64,000 nt of DNA from the human T2T-CHM13v2.0 reference genome, Homo sapiens, in the NCBI RefSeq assembly GCF_009914755.1, contig NC_060937.1; one strand, written 5' to 3'. A program made the position numbers and the translations under genes. This document shows, in pieces, positions 28,831-42,529 of this stretch. Each line of letters opens with the position of its first letter. Within the stretch, counting starts at the first letter, position 1. A model generated the notes under the pieces. It was not told where the DNA came from. It saw only the letters and a program-made list of their open reading frames with translations, and searched no databases.

Positions 28831-29989
28831 AATGAATAAGCGGTGAATTATTTGACCATCATTCAGTGTTTATTTAGTTGAAATGTGTATAGATGTGAGG
28901 GATTCTTAATAAAGTTGGAAGCTGATACATATAGTAATTAGTGGCTGAGATTAATGCCTCATAAAGTACTGACAAGTTATTTAATTTCTCCAAATCACAC
29001 TTATTTACTTTGTAGCAATTTGATACAAACCAGAACAATCAAATCAGCTTTTTAGCTGTATATATCAAATTGTTTAACATAATTGTATACCTATTTTCTC
29101 CAACCGCCAAAAAAAACTCCAGGTGATATGAGGAGACATTTATTAATGTATTTTAGGCTTTCTAAAAGATGAATGAGAATATATTGTAACTAATAATAGT
29201 AGAACATTAAGATGTATTACTAGTAGCAGTAATAAACAGGAATAAAAATAATTTATGCACATGTACATATTATATATGCTAGGAGCTGGAACCATTGTTT
29301 TTCTAATTGTTAATAACACTTGCATCGACGTTGCTGAGTTGATCATACCCTAGGTCACTTGAAAACATCAATGAAGAGTTACATATGTTGCTGAAGTTAA
29401 TCTTCCCTTTTGGAGCAAAGCCAGTTTGTAATTACAAGTGGCTCTTGAATTTTCCTATTAAATGAGGTCTACATAAGATACATGCTGTTTTCTGTACCAT
29501 CATTTCATGTATGAGTGTAGTGGCATAAATGTGTGGAAACGTGTTCATTCATCATTTTGCTCTAGTTTTAGAGACATGTTCTTCGAAAATTTACTACAAA
29601 ATATTTTCTAATCTGGGAATATAAAGCTTTGGTTCATCATAGTGGTGTCTATTTGATTTGGGTATCTCCAATATCTTACACAGAAGTTGTTAAATTTTGA
29701 TGCTACAGAATAACACACAAATACGAATGTATTTATTTTTCTTGGTAAACTAGGTAACAGAAATGAAATTCTTGGTGTATTTCCTTGACTCCTATAAGTC
29801 ATCTCCAATTTAATCTTCAAAGCCAGAGGACACCAAAAATTCCTGAAACTTCAAGCAGATGGTAGAAAATACCTGGTTCTTAACAAGAGTAATAAAAAAT
29901 CTATAAATCCGTTGCCTAGGCAATCATTTTGGACTTACAATTTTTTTATTACACTAATATCAACATTGCTATAAGAACTGTATTCTTAC

Positions 29990-30035
29990 ATATGTATACA
30001 TGTGCACATGTACCCTGGAACTTAAAGTATAAAAA
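29990..30035 (+). mobile_element. 46-bp L1PA 3'-terminal micro-insertion
   Basis: TGTGCACATGTACCCTGGAACTTAAAGTATAAAAA is the L1PA 3' end; perfect 17-bp TSD AAGAACTGTATTCTTAC at 29973-29989 and 30036-30052. Confidence 0.93.
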
Positions 30036-31054
30036 AAGAACTGTATTCTTACCCCATTATAACAAATGACTTTACATACAGTAATTCTAACACCGTTTTT
30101 GCTAATAAATAAAAATAAATGAATATTTTTATTTATTATTTCTTAATATTGAAGTAAACTTTTTTAGTGCAATATTATTTTTGCCCCATGTCAGCAGCAT
30201 GAGAATGATGCTTCTTGCTAATTTACCAATCACCCAACTTTTCTTTTCTTGACTCCCCTCTCCCTAGCCCACTCCATGAAGTTCACACTAAGCCTACCAA
30301 GACTTTCCCAGCATTCCCATTTTTCCCACTCAACCCTACTCATCTCAGTCTGAATGCATTTATTATAATATTTCCCAATTTTAAGGGCTCCAATTAGTTG
30401 AAGAGGACTAAAGTTGAAGGAAACAGTAAAACCCAGGAAGAACCACTGTTAGTGGGTCTTATACAATTATTTCATACTTTACAAAGATCTCAAATAAATC
30501 ATTTATACTCTATCACCAAGACCAGCAACTCAATTATTTAATTTTTAGAAAATGCTTACCAAACAAAACTCTTCTAGACTCAGACAGCTTTATACTATAT
30601 CAAATTTTTGTGTTAAAGAAATATATATAGATATTTAATAAATTTTTCTATATTTTTATAATCCTCAAGAGGGGAAATAAAACAATAAGCAATTCAAATA
30701 TTGTATTTCAATATTTTTTATTCAGTTCAAAGGCTTTCTGAGAAGGTGGAACATGAATATAGCAGTATTAAAATTGACACCAGTAACGTTTTGCACTGTA
30801 ATCACCACCTATATATAATGGAATGTAGAAAGATATATGAAAATGCCGTATTGAAACAAAAGCTATAGTTTACTATCGAAAATATTGCAGTTACTAAAAA
30901 ATAAAACAAGCAATTCTTCAAAAAATATCAAAATATCAATGAGAGAAAAGATTGTTGGAAGATAAAATCAGATAAAAACATTTGGTTTAGCTAACAGTGA
31001 TCTCACAAGTCTTCAGAATAATATTAAATCCAGCAAAGCTCTTTCAACACAGAG

Positions 31055-31938
31055 CAGAGGAGAAAATATTTGCAAATCATGTATCTTATAAGGAATTTTT
31101 ATTCAGAATCTGTCAAAAAATATAACTCAATAATAGAAAGACAAATACCCCAATTAAAAAATAACCAAGTGATTTGACTAGGCATTTCTTCTTCAAATAA
31201 GATATTAAATGACAAAGAAGCACACAAAAAGATGCTCAATAGAATTAGTCATCAGGGAATTTCAGATTAAAGCCACAATAAAATACCACTTTACATCCAC
31301 TAAGATGGCTATAATAAAAAAGACAGGCAATAGCAACTGTTGTCCATCATGTGGAGAAATTGAAACCCTCATGCATTGCTGAAATATAAAATGCTGCAGT
31401 TACTTTGGAAAACATTTGCATTGTTAATCATAGAGTTACCATATAATGCAGCAATTCTATTCCCAGGAAAGCGTGAAGAGAACTAGAAACATGTGGCCCT
31501 GATGGAAATTGTACATGAATATTCACAACAGCATTATTTATACTAAACCAAAGAGGAAACAATCCACATGTCCATCAATTGATAAATAGATTAAAATATA
31601 TCTATACAATGGAATATTATTTCACAACACAAATAAAAGACTGATACATGTAATGACAAGAAAAACCCTTGAAAACACCATGCTAACTGTAACAGCGAGT
31701 CACATACATATTTTATAATTAAATTTATATGAAATGTCCATGGTAGGCAAATCTCTAGAGACAGAAAAGAAGATTGATGGTTGTCTTGGACAAGAGAGGA
31801 GGAAAGGGAGTAACCATTGATGGACTCAGAGTTTCTTGTAAGGATGATCAAAGTTCTAAAACCACTGAATTGTACACTAACATAAGAAAATTTTATGAAA
31901 TGCAAATTACCTTGCAATAACGTTTTAATTAAAAAAAG
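31055..31938 (+). mobile_element. Old L1 3' end (L1MB/L1ME-like)
   Basis: GAAAATATTTGCAAATCATGTATC ORF2 tail; TAGGCAAATCTCTAGAGACAGAAA 3'UTR motif. Confidence 0.85.
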
Positions 31939-32406
31939 GGAAAAATAAATAAACTTGTATGGCCTTTGGACAACTTTTCACCAAAAATTTATTCCTCACT
32001 TGATAATGAACCTAATGTTTTTATTTTTACAATCATACCTTGAGAAAGATGATTAAACTCTGTATATTTTAGTATAATATTAATTTATAAACGTTGCAGG
32101 TTACATTTGGACTTTATTAATTTAATTACATTAGCAAATAAATATACAGGTAAAGTAATTGTAAATAATGAGTATACTTACTCTTTTGTGTGGTATTTGG
32201 ATTTGAAATGCAATACCTATTCACTGACATTTAGATTTTGAAAGTAAACAATTTAACCAAATTTTGAGTATGCAATTACTTTCATTTTGTTTCAATATTG
32301 CATCATTATTTGCATAATATATTGACTTTGGAACCATTATTAAAAACTATACTTGAGACATAAAATTTATGATAAAATATTTAACATTTCTACACAACAT
32401 ATGTTC

Positions 32407-32737
<331 letters not shown>

Positions 32738-33921
32738 TAAAGTTACAAATTGTCAGTTTGTCATTTTTTCCCCAGATAGCTTTACCACGCGTTTCATACT
32801 ATGGCTTCTCAGGTGTTGGATTTCAGATTGTTCTTTCTAAAGGTAGATAAATGAATTTCCATCACTGAACGACTTCCTAACTGGTTCTTTGATGTGCAAT
32901 ACTAGACTACTCAAAAGATTATATCGGCTTACTCAATTTTTCTAAGCCAGTAAGTGCCTCAAGTCTAGAACTCACTATATTTTTACTGTGCCTGTTATGC
33001 ATACTTTTAACTACCATATTTAAAAAGTACCTTGTTTTTTTATTATTTGTATTTGTTCACTTTTGAAATGATTGGCCTCTCATTTTATATCAGGGTTGAT
33101 ATTTCTAAACTTTTGGAATTTCTTGGACTATGGGATCCTTCAATTCCAAAAGTTTATTTTAATAAGTTTTAACTTAATGTAAACATGAATCCTGAGAGTG
33201 AGGACAGAAATTAGGGTGGGGAAAAGTATCAGAAGCTAATTATCATTGACATAAATAATAAAGAAAAGAGGACGAAGACAGATAAATCATTCAGAAAATG
33301 TTGCTTACAAATTATTTGTATTTATAAAAAGATAAAGTAAGAAGGAAAAATAGATAAATTTTCAAGGAGAATAGTAAAGACTGACAAGCTAGTCCTCTGA
33401 GTGATTGAGTACTGCAAAGACAAATAGACTGAGCTAAAACAAAAGATGAGACTATCAAATCAAACTCATGAATCAGAGCTCTTTTCCAGTGTCAAGCTTT
33501 ACTGATAATTTCAAGGATATAAACACTGAAGAGTAACAGGCAAAGCAAGAAGATGCCTATGATAGCAAACATGGTTTTGTAGGTCATTTTTCCTCATACT
33601 GAATTTATTCCTGGGGACAGAGTCATAGATGAGGCTACTAATTAGATAACTCAGAGTACCTCACACAGCAGGGAGTATACAGGTTGTAAAATATCTCCAC
33701 TTTATACTCCAGCATAAATGATGTTTTTTAGAGTCTGGTAAGTCCATAGAGGCTAAAACTGTTTAACTTAAGCATTCCTAAACCAGGAAAATTCTAAAAA
33801 TATTTCAAAAATAAGGGGTCTTCTCCTAGAAAACACCATTATTTATTTACCATGAGGTGAATTACTGGAATGCCTGGAAGGAGATGAAACCAAGCTACTG
33901 CTTTCTTTGTTTCCTGGAAGT

Positions 33922-34245
33922 TGGAAGAGGAGACACTTTCAGGCGTGCATAATAGGGGGCTTATGTAGGACTAGAACTAAGCCTCTCAATTATACCAAGC
34001 TATCCATGATAGACCAGGGATCTGATGAGAATCCCACTGACTTCCTGGAAAGGCTAAGAGGGGCCTTGGTAAAGCACACCTCTCTGTCTCCTGATTTAGT
34101 CAAGGAACAATTAATCCTAAAGGATAAATGTATTATTCAGGCAGGCCCTGATATCAGGAGGATGTTGCAGAAACAGGCCCTGGGAACTGAGAGTACTTTA
34201 GAGAGCCTCCTGAAAGTGATCACCTCGGTGTATTACAATAGATCA
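33922..34245 (+). pseudogene. gag: ERV gag p30 capsid C-terminal fragment
   Basis: ORF 33907-34254 contains QGSDENPTDFLERLRGAL (gamma-type major homology region) and QAGPDIRRMLQK; no ATG start and no upstream gag. Confidence 0.88.
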
Positions 34246-34800
34246 TTGGAATAGATTCTTGGATTCATTATACCTGAGTAAAGAACTGGAAAGCTGACAG
34301 AGTTACCTCTGTTAACCCAGAAGAGAACACAAAGTACCAATGCGAGGCGATCGGGGACCTCAAGCTAAAAATCACACAAGATAAGTGTTAATAATTAACA
34401 TTTCATGAATATCCTCTTCATAGTCTTGCCTATGCTTGCTGTCTTTACCTTTGTTCTGTTCTATACCATGGGGTACAATGTTGTTTTCAGAATGATTAGT
34501 ATATTTCACGTCTATTTCTGTAATCTTTGGCATTAGATTCTCTCCTTTTATCTCTTTTTGTATAATACACATATTTGATGCATGCATACTTAACCTTGTA
34601 AGTCTTGTTTCTACTAGCCTAGAGGCCATCAAATTCCAATCAGGCAACTGAACCCTTGGACTCCCTTTTGCCAGGGACCCATAGATAGACCTCTGGGAGA
34701 ATTCTAACTGCTTTTCTCCCCAAAACAATGCCCCTGTCATCAGGAAGTAGCTGAGACCAGTCATCATCCATATTTTAATGGCAGTTAGATATGCCTCCCT
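33922..34800 (+). mobile_element. Class I ERV internal remnant (HUERS-P3/HERV9-W-like): gag piece, pol 3' end, env-like 3' end
   Basis: Gag capsid peptide; then an integrase C-terminal SWIHY motif near 34256; then GAGGCCATCAAA...CAGGAAGTAGCT pre-LTR sequence. Confidence 0.85.
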
Positions 34801-35599
34801 CGTGAAGGCCCCAACCCTCAAGCCTGGAACCATGCAGCCCAAAGTGAGAACATACATTCCTGTTTTCCTGCTTGACTGTTGCCTTTTCCAAAAGCACCCA
34901 TGGCCCACTCTGCCCCACCCATCCTGTGCCCATAAAAACCCCAGGCTCACCAGCAGAGGAGAGGAGGAGAAGAGGAAAAACAGCTGGACATTGGAGACTA
35001 TGGTTTGACATTGGAGAGAAGCACCTTGACTTCAAAGGGAGAGCTTGATGGTGTAGCTTTGGAAAGGAGTCTGGCTAGGGATGGCTGGACTCCAGGAGAT
35101 TATCTTCCTTTTCCATCTCCTTTTCAGCTCCCCTTCCCACTGAGAGCCACTTTCATAGGCAATAAAATCACCCACATTTACCATCTCCAATTTGTTTATG
35201 GGACCTTATTCCTCCTGGATGCTGGACAAGAACTCAGGTACCGGTGCAAAAAACTGTCACACTAACCCTCCGCTGACCTGTTAACAAATAAGCCATCCAT
35301 GGATGGCAAAGCTAAAAGACAACCGACTATAACACTCTTTCTGGAGTTTCAGGGGTCACTGGCAACCCCCTTGATGCTGCCACAGGGCCTCATAGAGTTT
35401 TGCTCCTGCCAGTGACCAAAGGCACTTGCCCTAGCTCCTGCACCTGCTCACCTGTTCTCCCCCTCCTGCAAGGGGTGGAACTCAGCAGGACCAAGTGAGT
35501 GGAGTCCGCCTCTGCTAGCACGGAAGCAGCTGGCCAGTCCTAGTGCCCGTGCACTCTAGTTCCCACCCACAGAGGGGTTAGAGAAAATTTTCTGCTTCA
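34801..35599 (+). mobile_element. LTR9-family LTR (3' LTR of the ERV remnant; 5' edge and PPT missing)
   Basis: CCCCAACCCTCAAGCCTGGAACC, ATCCTGTGCCCATAAAAA, AATAAA at 35161, terminal TCTGCTTCA. Confidence 0.8.
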
Positions 35600-35601
35600 C
35601 T

Positions 35602-35614
35602 GGAAGTGACGTCA
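35602..35614 (+). promoter_or_regulatory. Overlapping ETS-CRE motif GGAAGTGACGTCA
   Basis: Full palindromic CRE TGACGTCA at 35607-35614 with its CpG intact, overlapped by ETS core GGAAGT; motif match only, function untested. Confidence 0.4.
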
Positions 35615-35754
35615 TGGAAATGGGGGTGAAAGGAATTGCAGGAGAGCTGCTTAACTCCTTTCTTCTGCAAACAAAACTCCATACAATCCAAAAAAATGAC
35701 AGTGAAATAATATTTAAAATTATAGAATAAAATGATGAAGAAAATAAGTGTGTA

Positions 35755-36060
35755 GGCTGGGTACAGTGGCTCACATCTATAATCCCAGCACTTTGACAGG
35801 CCAAAGAAGACAGGTGGCTTGAGTCCAGAACTTTGAGATCAGTCTGGGCAACATAGCAAAACCTCCTGTCTGCAAAAATACAGATATTAGCTGGGCATGG
35901 TGTGTGCACCTGTGGTCCCAGCTGCTAGAGAGGCTGAGGTGGGAAGATTGCTTGAGCTCAGGAGGTGGAGATTGCAATGAGGTGAGATGGTGTCACTGCA
36001 CTCTTGCCTGGGCAACGGAGTGAGACCCAGTCTCAATAAATAAATAAATAAATAAATAAA
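35755..36060 (+). mobile_element. AluJ with (AATA)n tail
   Basis: GGTGGGAAGATTGCTTGAGC J diagnostic; TSD AAATAA(G/A)TGTGTA. Confidence 0.92.
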
Positions 36061-39000
36061 TGTGTAACTTTAAGACAAAGACTAAATGTCAATTTACAAG
36101 GATAAATTAAATATCCATATTCGTTTTTTGTTTGTTTCTTGGTCTCTGACTCCTCTGACGAAGAAAGTGAGTGTTTAAGTGAAGAGATAGAGCAAGAATT
36201 TGTAAAAAGTATCTGATGTCCAAAATTTGTAGAGATCCTTAAATATAACCAGTACTTAATTATAAAGTGCTTTCCTCCAGAATCACTGAAATACATGGTA
36301 AAAAAATGTTCAAATTCAATTGAGAAATTATGGGTTCAAAATACTGTCTTCAGAGGAATGCAGTAAGAAAATACTGACACTTCCAAATAAGGAAATTACA
36401 TTCTTTAGAATATTGTCAGGATAAAGAACAATGGAACTACAGAACTTATCAGGTGCCAGGCATTGTGCTGCTTGAAAGTTGCATAGAGTAATTTGAAAGT
36501 GATTATGTGGCTATAAAACTTAAATTTGTAGGGACAAGTTTTAAAAGTAGAGTTGAAAATTAAATAAAAAACATTTGGGCTGATATTAAAATAATAAAAT
36601 ATTTTGTTCTCCATTTGTGAACAAGATATAGACTCATAGGGAAAATTTTACTAGTGTATGTTGTTACATAAGTAACTCATTGAACAATGATGCCTAAATA
36701 GCATGACCTTTTAAAAGATTTTCTTGGTTTTGATGTAGTGATCCATTTTTTTATGTACTAATCACCCCTTTAGTTGTAGAAAATAAGAAGCTTCTATATG
36801 TGACAGGTATTCAAGATAACAAAAATGTAGGATCCTGAAGGAACTTGAGATACTATAGTTTGGTAGCAAGTTTTAAAAGTTGGAATGTTCAGAGCTAAAT
36901 ATTAGATGATGGACATTATTTCAAAAATTTAACTGAGCAAATATAGGAAAACATAAGGAATCAGCACTAACAAGTGGGAAAAATATATTATGGAAAATAG
37001 ACTGCAGTTAAGTGTAATATGCAGTAGCTTGAAAATGTAGATGTCAAAATTACCTAGTGCAGCATCAGCTGGCTTTAATATTTTTATGGTATGGAACAAG
37101 GTAATATAAGCCTTGTGGTATTTTATGTTGTCTGGTCACTGTTGAAGAATTGTATTCCATTCAAAAGGCGAGATTTAAAAATAAGACTTTTGCTTTTAAA
37201 TCACATCATGCTAAAAGCCACTAACGTATCTTTCTTCATTATCACATAAATTTATCTGGAGACTATGCAAAATACAAGTGTCTGTCCAACTTGAGGATTA
37301 CTCCAGTTAAATTTTATTTACTAAAGGAAAGAAAACATTTAAGATATACGTATAATAACATTACAATTCACTCTTAGAAATAAATTGGTACCAACTTTCA
37401 CCAAGTAGGTAGGAAATGGATTTGGCATTTCTTCACTAGGTTTACTTAGAAATGCAACATCTTCTTCCACCAGAAAAGGATTTAACTCACTATCCAACTA
37501 TCTAAGTACATCATTCCAAGTCAGACAGGGTGTTGCCAGCCTCACTTCTACTACTTATGGTTTAGGTGGAAAGACTGTGGAGCATAGAGGCGAATGATTG
37601 AAGCAGTCATGTGTATAATGTTTATTACTCTTGCATAAAGAATTGTCATGGAGAGATATAATTGAAAACACCAGGGACTGAGTATTCTGGGCTGGTTAAA
37701 AAAAATAAATGTAGACTGCCTTACCTTCTTTAAAGCAATTTATATCGCTTCTACTGGGAGTGATATAAAAATTAAATAAAAATTAAACAAAAAATAAAAA
37801 GATTAAATTAACAGATTAAATTTAAAAAAGATTAAATAAAAAGAAGTTAGCTTAGTATCATAGAGCTGCATTATATGATGCCTGCTACACAGAAGCAATT
37901 AGACCAGGGCCTGAATTATGCCTGATACCTCCAGGAGAGCAAGTTCTAAAGTCCAAATAGAGACTGATTTAGACCAAAGTAAATTCACACACCATTTCTG
38001 GGCAGAAAAAATATACAAAGGAATAAAAACCTAAATCACAATAGATAAAATATCAAGGAAAATCAGCGGGAAACTATTACAAGTTTTAAGAAAAATACTG
38101 AAATACAAAGAGAAAGAAATAGCATTCAGAGGGCTAAAAGAAAAAAATAAGATAAATGTCAATTTTCTGAAGAAAAGTGAGAAAACGTTCAGGTAACTTT
38201 AGCTTCACATCCATGTTACCAGGGAAAAATAATTGGCCCCTATGCAATCATGGCAGGAGACTATATAGGAAAAAAAAATGAGATGGATGACACAAAACCA
38301 ATAGTTAAATTCTGGTTAGTCACACACAAATGAGACCAATAAGTCATATCATAAGTCCAGATAAGTTTTGGCTGCAGTACAGTTTAAATGTAAAAAATCA
38401 AAACAAAATTTTAATGTAGGTTACTTTAAAATAAATTTGGAATAAGAAAATCATTTCAAAGTGTCATGCTGTAAGAGGAAGATTAATATTTTAAAATAAA
38501 TAAAAATAAAAACACTACCACATTAACTGAAATAATAAAATTTCTAAAAACCTGCAAAAAATACTTGAAACACGGCAATCATGATTTAATATCCTTAATT
38601 TGTCCGATGATGTTATAAATGAAAGTATCTGCATAAAGTTAGAGGTCCATTAGAATTTTTAAGAGATAGTAAAATTGGGGCTTCAAAGCAACACTTCTCT
38701 GAACCAAAGTGGAGTTTTTACCTCTTGATTGCATAGGGTTTCCGTTTTATTTTATATCTTCTACTTGACTGCCCAAATAAATCAAATATTAATGGTACAA
38801 CTTTTGTGTGTATTTTCTGTCAATATATATCTATTCTATTGTTACAATGATCCTGTATTTTTTAACTAAGTAAAATTCATCATCCTGTGAGATTTCTTTC
38901 ATTTGCATGTGGAATAACCCAATAACAGAGAAGCAGAATTATTAGATGTTAGCCTATCTTCACAATTTGTGTGTGCATATTTAAACTTCATAATTTAGGA

Positions 39001-39472
39001 TCAAAATATATTACCAATTTTTATTTTCACTTGTATTTTTCAGTTGTGTTTCCTTTCTCTACTACTCTTCTTTATCCCTATACCACAATATTTTTCATCA
39101 CCAAAGCAGGGGATTTATAGATAACACTTTGATAATGTCTTTTAACAATATTGTTAAGGATGACATATTAAAGTGCCTTTTTCAATTTAGTCATGTTAAT
39201 TATATGCTCTGAGACTAAGGTGGTGTGAGGTTTAGGTATGATGTCAGACTTAGCGCTAGGATAAGGAGATCTGTAATCTGTCTCTCATGTTACTTGAAGA
39301 TGCAAATGTTTGTGTTTTATGCTGCTTAATGATGGTGCTTTGTATAAAGTGTCTTCTTAAAGATAGCCCTTCTAAAATTAATTGTTTCAAAACAAGTACC
39401 TCTCAGTTAATCTGTAAAAGTTTCAATGTCAAAACACATTTTGTTCAGGCATTTAAAAAAATCTTTATTCCT

Positions 39473-39860
39473 AAAATGTGGAACATATACACCATGGAAT
39501 ACTATGTAGCCATTAAAAAGAATGAGTTTATGTCCTTTGCAGGGACATGGATGAAGCTGGAAGCCATAATTCTCAGCAAACTAACACAGGAACAGAAAAC
39601 CACACAGTGCATGTTCTCACTCATAAGTGGGAGTTGAACAAGGAGAACACACGGACACAGGGAGGGGAACATCACAACAGGGGCCTGACAGGGGGTCGGG
39701 GCCAACGGGAGGGAGAACACTAGGACAAGTACCAAAGGCATGCAAGGCTTAAAACCTAGACGACGGGTTGATAGGTGCAGCAAACCACTATGGTACATGT
39801 ATACCTATGTAACAAACCCACACATTCTGCACGTGTCCCAGAAATTAAAGTAAAAAAAAA
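39473..39860 (+). mobile_element. Short 5'-truncated L1PA (PA8-PA10-like) 3' end
   Basis: ORF2 C-terminus KMWNIYTMEYY plus 3'UTR; TSD AAAAAAATCTTTAT(T/C)CCT at 39455-39472 and 39855-39872. Confidence 0.93.
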
Positions 39861-41502
39861 ATCTTTATCCCTCATACCTGCTTGAGACTTTCTAATCATT
39901 CATGTGCATGATGATCGTGTAGCCCTCTCAACCCTCATGCCACCCTTCCTTTACTTGAAGGAGGAGGGAGGTTAAATTCTATATTACCATCCCTCCTTTT
40001 TCGGACATTTGAATCAGATTCAGAAAGCTTCATCTTGGATAAAACAGCAGACTTTGGCAAAATAGAGTGTTAGCAGTGGCTAGATTACCCAGCCTCTAGT
40101 TTTGTGGTGTGGTGCAGTGTGGTTGCTGAAATGATGATAACCAAAGCAGAAGCATTTACCTAAATCTCAATTTCAGCTGCAGTGGTGTGACCTAGAAGCA
40201 AAAAGCCTACAATAGCTCCTTAATTTCCAGTCCTTTAGCACTTCCATAGTTTTAAAGTACATATTTTGTATTACTATGATTATGATTGTTGTTATTTTGG
40301 CTTAAAATACTAATATTAATATTTATTATCTACATACACCCCTTATTAAACAAACTATAAAGATCTGTTTTTAAGACTGTAAGATTTTTTGTGACCGAGA
40401 GGAGCTTATATGTATAAAAGATTATTTAGAATTACATGGAGTTTACTATTTCATTGAAATGGCAAGTTTAAAAGGGCTAGTATTCCTTAATTAAGGTTTA
40501 CCTATTTACAAATATATAAATTTTATGTAAAATAAAACATTCATTTTGAAGAAATTTTAATTATTGTCTGATTATCTCAAATTTAATACAAGACCCTTAA
40601 ACAATAAGCTAATTAACTACATTTATATTAATGCTTTTAATTTTATTTTCCATGACTTCAAGAATTTGATGTTAACAAGCAGAAAAAGCACATTCTCCAA
40701 ATACTTAAAAATCTCTTAGAAATAATGTAGTAAGTGAGAATATATTGATAAGGAAATTGGTAATATTTGCTAACTTTCCCATGCTGTTAAATATTTTAAA
40801 CACTCTAAATAACAACCACACAAAGAGCGTTTCCAAATGTTACACAAAGATGCCCACTCTACAAACTGGATTAATTTAATCACTCTGATATTTAATTCTA
40901 AGTCTTCCCAGTTTTGTAAACCTCTTAGCTTCTAAGAAACAGACTTACCTCTGGGTACTTAAGTTTATTTGGTTTGTAACTTATGAGTTTCATTGACAGC
41001 AATTTCAATTTTAGACAGGATGGAGGATGCAGAAGCCAAGGCCTATAACCTGCACAGTAAATTCTAGCTGTGGTAGAGCTGGGCCCGTTATTTTCATATT
41101 TTCATCTCTAAGACAGTGGTCAGTTATAAGGCTGCATCCTTCAGATCGAATGGTTTCACTGCCTGCGTCTTATGCATTCGTTATACCCATAGGTGATTCT
41201 TTCTTTAACTCGTTGACTGAAACCTACATAGTTTTAGTTCTCTAAAGCTACTTAATGGTTCTCAGGGCAGTTTATCACCTTTATTTTTTCCCAGACTGGT
41301 TCCCCTTTCTTAATCATATTCAATAGATGCAACTGTCTAAATAGTAAACAGAGACCTGGCCAACTCACAGTCCTGCCATTGAACTTGCCTGCTGCCTAAT
41401 CTCTCCCTGACTGTCCAGAGATAACATCCTACAGAGATTAAATTTCCTCCTAAGGGCACACAAATGTATTAGAGAAGGATATCAAGTTTAAAAAACTAAG
41501 TA

Positions 41503-41607
41503 ATGATGGTTTCAACAGTGTATGCACACGCTTAAACTCATCAAATTGTATACATTAAATAGCTGCACATTTATGTATCAACAAAGCTATCTAAAAAAAA
41601 TTTAAAA
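41503..41607 (+). mobile_element. Tiny old L1M 3'UTR fragment
   Basis: TGATGGTTTCA...AAACTCATCAAATTGTATACATTAAATA...AAAGCT followed by an A-rich tail. Confidence 0.6.
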
Positions 41608-42529
41608 AGCCAGCTGGACACTGGACATTTGTTAATGGGTATTACCAGCATTAACACCTAATTCAGAGCAAAAAGAAGCAATAATTTTTAGAATATGTAA
41701 TTTTTTTCAGGTTACATCTACTTAATAAATAGTTCAGAATATTTCCTCCGATTTGGATATACCCTTTTTTGAACAATTGATTATGCATTTCCTTGTCTAT
41801 ATATCAATGTATTTTTTGAATACTTAGCCATTTTTTTCTTTTGAGAATATGAAAAATTTATTAGAGTAAGGCCTGAATATAATTTTGTCAACCATTCAGT
41901 GTTCATGAGATGGTACTGCATGGCTTAGAATTTTAAAATTTTCTAAGAATAATTTAATATAATGGTAAAACTAATTATTGGCTTCTCTGGCCTTTGCATG
42001 AACCCTAATAGTGTCACCTAAAATTTTATGAATGTAAATTAGGTGATGGAAGGATATTTAAGCTAGGGACAGCTTTAGAAATATTGGACTAGGGAAAAGG
42101 TTTTTGCCTTATTACGTTTTGTCCATACAACTCATGTTCAGTAAGACTACAGCCTATTTCCAAAATGCCTACAGGCTTCGTGACATCCATCATACCTCCT
42201 AAGAATGTGTCAACCATTCTGTTCCCTAAGCTTGGTTACTTTGAGTCTCATTAGGACATAACAACTTCTAAATGAGTGTAAAGAGAAAGGTGGCCCAAGT
42301 ATCTGTTAGTGGAAACTTTCCATACTAATGTATAAATGCTCTATATTTCTAAAGTCATATTTTCATCTATTATTTTCAAGCAAGATATTATGACCTGCAA
42401 AAATATTGTGACGTTATCATAAACCTGAAATATTTACTAATTGGAAAATGTAGAATGAAATAAGCATAGATTTACATGTGTGCAGTTTTTCAGAAATATT
42501 GCACTGAAATCCCACATTCAGAAGCAAGC

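Noticed and set aside
34372-35265. 192-aa and overlapping ORFs as genes
   Set aside because: They lie within ERV internal and LTR sequence and show no recognisable domain.
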